Shown one piece after another: positions 12,294 to 24,200 of a stretch of 64,000 nt of DNA. The position numbers and the translations under genes are program-made. A model generated the notes under the pieces. The model had not been told where the DNA came from. It did not search any database and was given only the letters and a program-made list of their open reading frames with translations. How positions within the stretch are numbered: the first letter of the stretch is position 1; each line of letters starts with the position of its first letter. Origin of the DNA: Phoronis australis (taxonomy: Eukaryota; Animalia; Phoronida); the NCBI GenBank assembly GCA_002633005.1, contig NMRA01000143.1, positions 749,402 to 813,401 on the forward strand, read 5' to 3'.

Positions 12294-15200
12294 CTACAAG
12301 ATAAATTTTGTGGTATTTTACACAGTTGGTTAAAGTGTACCTTAAAACACTGTTGCAACACCACTGATCAATTTAAGGAATCGTATTGATAAATGTAATG
12401 AACGGGTAGGTTTTACTGATTTGCCCTTCAAAGCACGCAGTTCGCCAGTGCGACAAGTCAAAAGGTAGAGTGTGAACTTCACTCCCATCACTTAGGCGCT
12501 TTCTTTGCCGTGTGATTGTTTCAAACAGCTTTTATTTGGAATTACTAGGTGATACTGTTTTTAAGCGGTGTTGGTTAAATGAGGAATGAATTTCCGATTT
12601 TATATTTACATGTAGCTGGTTAAGTTGCGGCACCGACGTGGCACGGCTTGTCTGACTGGGCGGTCCAGAAACACATATCTGAAGTTAATGGACAATCATT
12701 TTCAAATCAAGGATGTTCTAGTGTTTTCAGTACAGTCACCATGGTCCCCTACAGAATGCTGTTATATTCATCTCTTTCTATCACTGTCCTCTTAAGAATC
12801 ACTATCGGGCATTGTGATTGCCTTCTGTGTTCTCGCTGTTATGTAAAAGTCGAAAAGTAAAGTTTGTCAATTGACTGGTGTAAGTTTTGAGCGATTACAT
12901 CCTGTGACCTTGTGAAAATTATTTGTTCCTAAAACCATCGAAACGGCATGAAACAGCAAGAATAACAAAAATTTGACCTAAGAAGATTTTCACCAAATGC
13001 CGATAAACGGTGTCATAATCAAGACACGCGATGTAGTAAAGTTCATTTACAGCACATCATGATGAGGTCCAACTGGTAGGACTGTGACGTCAGTCCGCGT
13101 GCAGTTTTAAATGCAATAATTATATTTTGAAGATCCATGAATGTACATTACAATAATTTTCAAAATAAACTTGACAGACTTCGAAAAAATTTGGCTAGAC
13201 TCTGTCAACGTTTGTGCTATTAAACGAGACGTCATACGCCTAGCAGATGATTTTTATAAACAAATGGACTTATGCTATAAGTTTAGACAAAAACACATGC
13301 CGATAAATTTTCAATAATTTGAAATAATGTGGAACAAAATTCTTGTTGAAAAGAAATGGATATTTAATAGCTGTTTCGTACCGGAAACTTTTCCGATATT
13401 CAACGTTGTCCAATTCATTTTAAAAACTGTTGTAGATGATCTTGCGGAGGGTTTAAGCAAATTAAGGCACCAAAAGCTATCTTAATATGGATAAGTTGCA
13501 ACCTATTTACACTACTAAATTCGGATATTTTCTTCATAAGCAACGCAAACGAGCTGTAATAACCTATGTGTAGGTGCATGTAGACAACATCAACGCCGGT
13601 ATCTAAATGCCGGTTTGAAAAGACTAAAGCTAGATTTTGAACTATAGCAGGCCGAAGCATGGTGCGTGAAATACATAACTACTCATTCACACGTTATTCA
13701 TAAGATACTTTCACGTGTGGTTATCACATGACCCAAATAAGGAACAGTTGCCTTCTCAGCATAGCATTTGTGCAATGGATTGTGGGAAATCACTCTCTTC
13801 ACTGCAGACGATCTAAACAGGCAACAAAAAAGACCTCCCATCAACGCGCACAAATCGGTTTTCGGCTATCCGTAAAAGACCATCAAATGTGTGTGGGTAG
13901 GGCGTCATGATTAATGTTACCCACAGTGCAACTCTTTGTGTAAGCCCCAGCCTACAAATGTATTTGTTCGTGAGGAAATCGTACATTAGGGCATCGTAAA
14001 CGGTTGCTTCGGCTTCACTCACCTCCGAAGTAAGAGCCATCAGAGAGCGTCGTCACAACGTTACCATCAGAGCCCACAATCTCGACCTGACCTTGATGGA
14101 TAAAGTACATCTTGTGTCCTACCTAGGAAAATTTCAGAAACCTCAACGTGACCGAAAATCTCCATTCAAAAGGCGCATCTTATGTACATTTTGAAAATAA
14201 CACTATTTGAACAACGACATGTAGTCCTTTGGCCAGACGTTCCTACGTAAAATTCAGATGCGTTCCGTGGAGGGAATTTATTGCGACAGAGGTGAGATTA
14301 CACGTTAGTAAAAGGTGAGTGCTGGTGTGCGTTCAGTTAGTCTAGGACCTATGCTAGGATCTAGCTAAAATATACCCAAGTCACGTGCTGTCATTTAAAA
14401 TACATGGTAACATGACGGCGTTTTTCCGTTCAGTGACTTTGCCAGACGTAGAGGGTTGTGAGCGTGTGATAACATCTAGCTTCTTTGTCAACTGCCAAGC
14501 TCAGTCTTTTGTCTGGTATGACAACAGGCAGGCCAATTATCCACCATGCTTATTACAAACCACGTGTGAACACAGTCAAACCCACAGCGAATTGGTACAT
14601 TCGGAAAGAATAGATTGTCGTAACTTCGGTTGTAGTTTGGCGATTTTGGCAATTCAAACACTAAACATGATCACCATTAGACGAGGATTTCAGAAATACT
14701 AAGTTATAACTTAACTTTTATTTTAGCAGCACAGCCCAGTCAGGCTTTATATGATCTTATTTGACATAAGAGCTATCGAACAAAAGAGAGCTGGCCCTCC
14801 AACCATAAATGCCAGAACTGAGTTAATCTGTCGTGTAAGATATTGGCTACAGGGGTGTTCTTCCCAACTTGTTGTTGGGCTATAGAATCGAACAAGTTGG
14901 GAGCAACGGGAAAACGCCGTAATCTCAAGAAGCCTTATTTTTAGCGAGGTCCTAGCGTTACTGAACGGGAGGCTGGTCTAGAAACTCAACTCGCATCCTC
15001 ATTAGCATGCACTAGTAAAATAAGCGACGGTGATTGGCACATGGGAGATAACTTTAAGTAAACACACTTTTTAGTTCCATCAGAAAAAATTTTGCGCCAC
15101 GGTTGTCTCGCAAATGTCTAAGAGTTAGAAACACGCCCCCTGGAGGTGTGCTCGGTAAGACAAACATCTTGCGCGTTCTCACTTATTTCAAGAATAAACA

Positions 15201-18200
15201 GCCGACCGTAAGCTACAGCCAACACTATAGCAAAAATTATGGACACTGACAATGTTTGGACGGTAGTTCATAGGGGACCAACATAGCGTATGACAGACGT
15301 AGTCTCATACAGTGGCTTCTGCTTCGGCAACGTTACACAACGAAAGGAAATTTGCAGCCATCTTGCGTAGGATTCCGCCGAATGTACGAACTGACGAAAA
15401 GGTAAGAAGTAAAATGAAAATAAAAAGAAAACACCGTCGTAACGTCTTTTGGGCTTTGGCAAATACCCAGATGTCCCGCTTTTTCAAATTTCGCATTTTC
15501 TCGTTTTCGAGTGTCGACGGCGATGCATCGTAACCTAAGGCCAGAACTCTCACAACTTCGCATATGCGGGGTTTCCTGGTTTTAGCAAGATCATACTTCT
15601 TTTGGCGACCAGGGAAATTTGCCAGGCCGCTTTTGACTAGAGTTCACATTATGCTTACCGTCCAGCCCTGAAATTGGAACTCTTTGTCATTAATCTACGT
15701 ACACCCAATCCCACCTGTTGATTTTTCGAATCTGAATAGAAATATGTTGAATAAAAAATGTTGACAATATGAATAGGAATTTCAGGTAAGCACATGGAAT
15801 GGTCTGCAACAGTTACAGGAAGAATATAGCGTCGGCAGCAGCAGCTATAGCAGGACGCGATCAGTCGTGAGACGTTCATTTTTCGACATGACATGGCACG
15901 ACGCACGCTAAGGACTATAAGCATAGTGCGAGAATGCGGTAACTAAATTATGTCTAATTCTAATCCTAATGTTTTTCATAACCTACTTCTCCTTCTTCAA
16001 TAATCTTGTCACGTGGTTGGAATACCTCGGACCTTAGCTTTGAAACAACGTCATCGACGAAACTGGTGTCGCTGAGATTAAAAAATGGGACGTTTGACAC
16101 AAGATCCCTACAGTTGTAGTTGATGACGTCCTGTAATAGCAGAATACGCCAATGTACATGTAGACAAGCACGTATACCATGTAAATCCAAACTTTTGAAA
16201 CTGTATTTCCTCAGTATTTAGCTTTCGAAATCAACAGAAATGACTTGAACCACTTACGCAAACGAAATCGGTTTGCCAATATTTGTGCTCGACTTTGTAA
16301 ACAACAAAAACATAAAATCATCAGCGACTCGGAGTTTATTGAGGTTGGCCAATCCTAACAACGTGGCGCTTGTCAGTGTGATTGTTTGCGTCTTGAGTTG
16401 CCGACTTATTATGCAACAAATTGAGATCGAATGTACATGGTGGTGCGTTTAACTCCAAGCACTTTGGTTGAGCATTCAAGAGGTGACAACTGAACTACAT
16501 CGAAATGCCCCTTTTCGTGAAAGTCCTGTGGAGAGGATTCGATTGGGAATGATAGACGTTTTAGATTAGATATGTATCGTCTCATATTCGTACCGTGTCT
16601 CGCTTAATATGCTTTTTCTCGTCAGCGCTCACTCTGCAATTTTCTTGGAGTAGTCGCGAAACATACAGGGTGCACCAAAATGTATCCACGTGATATGACA
16701 ATTGAACTGCGTCGTTTATTGACTTGTGACCAAGATTATTGGTTTCAATTCATAAAAAGGTAACCAAGACGAATTAAGTCTTGAAAACAAAATACATGCA
16801 TGGTCAACCGATGCGACACGAGCATGGTGCAGACCCGCATCAATTATCCCATTTTGTCGAAAAACATAGTACATGTATGTTTCAGGCTGGTTAATTATCA
16901 CGACACCTTCCTCTCAACGGACAACTGCAAACATATCAGCCTCAAATTTTGCACCAGCCAAGACGAAGTGAAAGCGTTGTAGGCAAAGAGAGCCCAATCC
17001 CACACGGTCTACCTACCTTTCTCAGACAATCACTAAGTTCTGCTAATATCGTATCCTCATCAAAAATACGTCCTTGGAACCTGTTTTCGTAATAGTCGGT
17101 GATTCGTGTGCGTAGATCTTTTGGTAATTTCCTATAGGCCATGTATTCCTCAACTTGTTTAAACTGCCAAAATGTGTCACAAAATAGGCAAATCAATTTG
17201 AAAAAGTAGTGATGCGGCAAATGCAATGAAAACTTATTCAGAAACAATTTCAGTTTAACTCATGTCAGTTTCCATGGCTTCAAGAGTAAACTAGTAAAGA
17301 GAAAATGTAACTATACCAAAAATAAGGCTGAGTAACAGTTTTAAAGTGGCATCTGCGCGACATCAACGAAAATTTACAAAATGTGATGCACAACTTAATA
17401 TTACCAAATTCATGATCTTTAAGAAGTACTATGGAATTTTTTCGGGCACTAGAAATTAAACATTTTAATTAAAATGAGGGTTCATACCTACAAGTACAAA
17501 TATGTTTGAGGAGATGGTTTGTAATGACACGCCACGTTCTCCAAAAGTTCAAGAGGCGGTTCATTATCTTTTACCAAGTTGCAAAGATTTAAATTTTTAC
17601 TCCGTACCTTTTCGTTATACAATCGTTTCGCTGTATCAAACGATTGGATGAGGGTGGTTGCGTGCGCAACCAGCAGCGCATAACAGGTGGCGCCAGTGAT
17701 CATGCTGATTATGGTGAGCCAGGCGTCAGTAGTGTTGGACGGAGGAATTTGGCCGTATCCGATGCACAGCATATGGCTCAACGCTTTAAAGAAGGCCCAC
17801 GTGTATTGCACAGTCCAATCTGCAGTCTAAAGTTAGAAAGATAAAATGTGGTACGAACTGTCTAATCCCAAAGGGTGTAGAACTTGTTTTATAGATAACA
17901 GTCATTCCTGGCTCTATGTGTACAGTTAGATATAAACATAACTCCAAGGGATTCTATGCACTAAACCGAGTTATAATCAAAACCTGATAGAAAGTGGCGC
18001 CCCATGACAAACAAAAAAAATAATTTTCGATTAAAAGCACATGCTGTAAACACGGCTCGAATTGTTCCACATTCAGAATATGATTTCTAGATTTGTACTC
18101 AATACCCTAATCAATAAGTTGGCGTGGCCCGTCTGGTCATTTCATACACCTGTCATCATGGACAGAGGACAAACGGACCATCAGGTGTTTTAAAGCACAG

Positions 18201-21200
18201 AATTTGCTTCAATCCGTGTACGCATATTGAGATTAGTTTTGCAAATGTAAGGTAATGTAAGACCCTAGAAAAATGTCCAAATTTGGCTAATTTCGGAACA
18301 TCATATCACCAAACATCGGCTGATCGGAATCCTATGAAACTTCCAAATACTATTCAGTGCTCTACAAAACGCCGTTAAGAATGGTTTTAAATTTTCCTTT
18401 TCTCATGATAGGCATTTAAATATATATTTTTGTGATTTCATGCAGGTCACGAAGAAAATCAAAACTTTTATAAAACAAAAAGCAAACGATAACTTAGTAA
18501 ACTGTTACAGAATTTTTGAAATTTCAACTAGTACATGTACATGTATTTTCATCAAATTACACCAGCTCATATTATTGGTACCGTTATTTTACTATCAGTG
18601 TACCTTTCATTGTTTGATAAGGTTTTCTAAACAACGTAGCTGTCACGTGACAAAATTAAAGACTGTTTCGCCAAAATTCAAAATCAAAATTTGTAAGCTT
18701 TTTACTTTCAGAAAATATATATCTTTTCTGAGCTAAACTCGATTGTTTTGTGACGATTTATCTCAATACCCAAACTTTGAAGTTTAGGCCACGGAGTGTC
18801 AGTTAAATATTGAATCGCACCTGTAAATTATTCTTCGCCACCCATGAGTCTGCTGGAAACTCCTGCAACATTGGCACAAGGAACTGAAGACATCCACTCC
18901 AGTGTCCCAGCAGTAACATAAGGAAGATGAGGTGAAATATTCGCATGAACTTTCCCGCTACTCCAAGGAACTGTTCGAATTGCTGTACGTAACGGAACAG
19001 GCGGGACAGTCGTAGGAATCTGAGTAGACTGAGTAACTTGGCGAACCTGAGTATCCTAAATGCACGTCCTAAGTAGAGAAATGTGACACCGGAAGTTAAG
19101 AACATTTGTTGAAGCGAAATTAATAAAAATCATCGCCGAAGTAATGGATATTAGTGTGACGTTGATTGTACACAGATCGTCAAGAAAATTCTACGACGAA
19201 ATCCTACTCCTTAACTAATGACAAAAGTGTTCATTCGGCCATAAGAATACATGTATGCCTTGCCACAGCAATTGCTTAAAAAGTTACGTATAAAACGTGT
19301 AGTGGGTGTGTTCGTCCTCACACGAGTTTTCCTATTTTGCAAAATAAATCAATAATTAGTGGTGGAATGAAACGCTTCCTCATAACCTTACCATCCTGAT
19401 TTTTATCGCACTTTTTCAAGTGAACACAAGAGCAGGTAATCATGCACCGAAGAAAATATAGGTTTCGTAGAGCGCAGTATTCGAACTTTGAGATTATTTT
19501 TAATACAGGACTAAGACCTACCACACCTGTGCATGGGTATTTGTAACTCTTAAAACAGTCACAGCTAAAGTGCGTTGGGATATTGAAATCTTCCTAATAT
19601 AAACACCAATGGTAAAAAGTCTCAGGTTTTAGTATCGTGGTTAGCACAACTGCAACGGTGGCGCAGCGCAGCTAGACGTCTCATTTACACTCCCGAAATA
19701 CGAAATCCGGGGCTTAAAATCACGTTTGGAAGAAGTTTAAGGGTTTAGATTTGAAGTGGGTTAAAGGGATTTGGTTTGCTTGTGTTTGATCATGCGGTGA
19801 GTAAGCAAACTATACTTTCATTTTTCACAACAACGACGGCCTCTTTTTGCATTTACCATAGATCATCAAATTTGCCATGTGAATTCCAAACGCTAAGGCA
19901 ACTCCATAATTGAAGTTTCAGGACATTCTAATCAAACAAAAGGCATATTTCGGAAGGTACACACGCATCCAACAGGTGCCACAAGAGGGTAGTAACGCTT
20001 TTTAACACCCGGTAAAAGTAACTTCACCGTATGGTGTCTTTAGAGTGTACAGAGATGGCATTCCAGGTGCTACATGAATAGCCTGTGACATGACGAATTT
20101 GGTGTACTGATTAATGAATCTTGACGCAAATTAAGTCGGCAAGTCCAACTGTAATTTTTAGCTTAGGAATCCAAAAAGGGTCGACCCTGGGGTGAAATAA
20201 GGTGGGGAGTTCTTTGTGACTCCGTGTGGAGATCTGTGGATTCCCAGGCAAGACGACATGCCTCCAAACGTAGTCAGAAATTGCGTCAAAATAAATATAC
20301 AAACAATCTACATGTATGAGTGTATATAATTGAATGCCGGCACTTTGGGGTTCTTTGGTTAGTAGAGAAAACTAAAGCATTTTAACCGAAAGGTACATGT
20401 TGTCTCTTTTTGCAGTTTCCATTACTAAGAGTTACGGAAGTGTCGACGCCTTTCGGCCGCTCGGGAAATACCTGCTTGCACCGCTCCACTGTTTGGGTCA
20501 GTCAGTCTGACAATATAATCCACAGGTACAGAGCTGACCAGATCAACGAAGAACCACGTCTTCAAGTAATGACAGGCTATCTGGCGAGGTTCAAGAATAA
20601 CTTCGTCAGCGCTGTTCTTTTGAATAATACCTGAAACACCAGAGCTGGGAAGGTTATTTGGCAATAGTCGGATATAACATGCCCATATTTTGAGAACCAG
20701 TTTGATGCCCGTTATTCAATGGAGAAAAGTGGTTCTCAAAATTCGGGCACGTTATATCCGACCATTACCCGTTATTTTATTAGGTTAGGACCCACTTGAA
20801 AGTAGCCTCAGAACCATGATTCCCTTATGGTACACCGCCTATGGTTGTGGAAGCAAGGCGCGAGATTTTCTATTAGTTCACAGTCTTATACTCGGAAGCG
20901 TCGCATTTCAAACTTTCCAGAATATGCATTATTTTACCTATAAGGCTTAATGGTCTTGCACGTGGCATAACCACATCAGTATCAGACGATTCGATTATGT
21001 TGACTGTTGTTTTCCACTTCTAGGGAAACAAAAAGGTGACATGTTATGCATTTAATTTAGGATGCGTTATAGCCTATGAACCAAACTGTAACACTCATTC
21101 TTCCGAATTACGTCACTTGAATGGACAGTTGGGTGAGTGTTAAGCATTGAAGTTTTATCCGTGTTTTGATCGGTCATGGTCTGGTTTCTCGGAAAAGACT

Positions 21201-24200
21201 AGACGCAGGATTATGATTCTCACGAGTTTGCCAACCAATAGATGACAATTGTCAAGTTCACATTTCCACAATGTGAACTGTGCACCGAGGAGAATCTATA
21301 TGATGATTGTGGTCATTTTCTATTGTACAGTATTTCTAGCGTGTTGTTAAATAGACCTCTGAATTGGAGTTATAAAATTGATGTCAACTGAAACACTCAA
21401 AAGATTTAGAGACCCTAGAGAGTTTTGTAATTTCTCCTGTCTGAAACGAGCACAATACTTTGGGTTATATTTTTAGATCAGAATTCTGCCGTCCATTGTA
21501 AAATAACGTTGTACAGCGCCACTCTTAGGTGTGGCGCCTTGTCACAAAGATTGTTAAATCAACCTACCCGTTCTGAAGTTGATGATTAGATCAAGAACAA
21601 AAAATATATCACAGATGACGTTGAATGCCACCCATTTTGGGCTGAACTCATTGAGGAAGAACGCAATGGCAATTGGTAAGACGATGAGGTTAGCTAGCAA
21701 TAGACAGAGCATCACGAAGTCCCAATAGAACCTGAAATATAAAACATAGAGGAATGCATGATCATCTCAAGAGTAACTTGAGGACCGTTCAGGCTTTATT
21801 TTCTGGAATCTTGAAAAATGTAAATGAACGCAATAATGCGGAGTTTGTAATTCAGATTAAATGAAGAAAAATTACAAACTTCCCGGAAAAAGTGATAATC
21901 GGATAATACAAGATAATCGGGTAACGCAAGATAATCGGGTTATGCAAGAAAATCGGGTAACGCAAGATAATAGGGTAATGCAAGATAATCGGGTTATGCA
22001 AGATAATCAAGTAACGCCAGATAATGGGGTAACGCAAGATGACCGGGTAATGCAAGATAATCGGGTTATGCAAGAAAATCGGGTAACGCAAGATAATCGG
22101 GTAACGCAAGATAATCGGATAATGCAAGATAATCGGGTAATGCAAGATAATCGGGTACAGCGTAGGATCTTCTAGGCTTGTTGATGCACATCTTCTTTTG
22201 TAGATGTCCGAATGATTTTTTTGGAATTCTGAAATTTATTGCGATGACACAAATTCTCGGAATGACAAAAAACCTGCGGCAAGAATACGGAAAACAACTC
22301 ATGTGAACGTGTCTGTTGTTAGCTGGCCACTGAAATTATCTTTACGTAACAACAGTTAAAGGGGCACGATAAAACATATCTTACGTCACTAATCCAGGGT
22401 AACTTTTGAACATCGTGCCTATTGGTCTAACGAAAACAAAATTTGTCCCAAAGAAGTTCTAAGCTATTTTTTCCATCAAATGTTTTAGAGCCTTAAGTAC
22501 TTGGCAATCAAATATCACTATCCGTTGATTTTTTAGGACCGGGTGAAAAGCACGGAGATGGAGATGAATAATAAGTGTTTGAAGCATTTGTGTGGTACTC
22601 CTCAATGAAAACCAGGTTATGACAGAGTAAAACGAAATTTAAAATCAAATTTGATGTAAAATTATACGATTCACGTCCATCGCACTTAATAGACTTTCAT
22701 TTAATAAGGACCATCTGCTGCGACTAAATCAGTCTTACACCTGTGTATTGATAGCCATCTGCCGAAATCAGTCTTACACCTGAGTACTGATAGCTCTCTG
22801 CCGAAATCAGTCTTACACCTGAGTATTGATAGCTCTCTGCCGAAATCAGTCTTACACCTGAGTATTGATAGCTCTCTGCCGAAATCAGTCTTACACCTGT
22901 GTATTGATAGCTCTCTACCGAAATCCATTTCGAAATTCAATATGTGATTGCTTCCATACAGGCTACATGTTACGGATTAGATCAACAAGATTTAATTCTA
23001 CACCAAAGAATCTTTCGTCTTTGAATTATGTTTCAAATTAAGGTTGGTAAATTAACACCTACATTTGAGACCAGAATCGACCAATTCTTTACAACCCGTG
23101 CATATATGACCCGTTTCAGTTGGTAAAGGCGTCAAACGAGCATTAAAAAAGTTCAATACGGTAATCTCAAAAAGTGGTATGAAAGAGCAGTGATAAATCG
23201 TGACTTGAAACAATGAAAAGTGGCGGAGTTTGCGATAAGGCAATTAGAGACACGGAAATTAGCCTGATTTTCAAAACGAGGTCACGCGCTTTTTGTTTCC
23301 AGGACACAGGACAGTTTTATCGCCGTGTAATCCGGAACTGCCCTTTTCTCGTGTCCCCACGAAAACGAAGTAGCATTGTACCGATTGTGATACAGTCCTT
23401 TCCTCAACACCCACAAGTTTAGGTACAACTTTAATACCATCTTTTGAAACTGTAAATGTTGACCATCAACCTAATCATAATATTTTCTTCAAATGTGCCC
23501 TCACCAAATGCCAGAGGAATTCATGCGTTCGTGCACTTGCTCTCAATTCTTGTAATAACATTTCTACTATGCTTACATTACTTAAATTTGACCTTTCTCT
23601 CAGTGAACTAATCTCAACCAGTGTTAGTAAATTTTTATGCATCGCTTATAAATCTTGTTGCTTCTGATTTCCATATCTTTACAATCACTGGGGGGGGGGG
23701 GGGGAGGCTAAAGCCTCCTCAGCCCCCAGTGGTGCATCGCCTATAGACCATGTGCGGCGTAGCACTGAAAAAAGCGTGGGGGTATAGCCTCCCCAGCCCC
23801 CTACAGTGCGCCGCCCATGAGTTTGGTTCTAAAAGCAACCCTGAGGTAGAAACAGCATAATGTTAAACAAGCTTCCACTGTAAAAAGAAAATCACTACTA
23901 TAAACTCAATGTTTGCTTTTCGTACGCCTACATGTAGTTGAAGGATGTCGCAGATGACGCAGTACTGGGCAAAATGTCTTCGGACTATTTCCACTATTTC
24001 ATTCAAAGTTCGTCTTTGCGTCATTGTAAACTAAACGGTGGGCAATTTTTCTTTACATTGAAAACTCATTTGAGTGATTTTTAAGTCACATCCAGATATC
24101 AGTCCGCACAGTAATTAAGACAACACGTTAGTGAAATGAGGCGTGCGCTAGAGATGCCTCAAATATCCGGTTTCTTTGAGCGTTCAAAGCAAGCTCATCT

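Noticed and set aside
21852-22940. Repeat-protein ORFs ([22 protein letters not shown])
   Set aside because: Artefacts of minisatellites whose unit length is divisible by 3.
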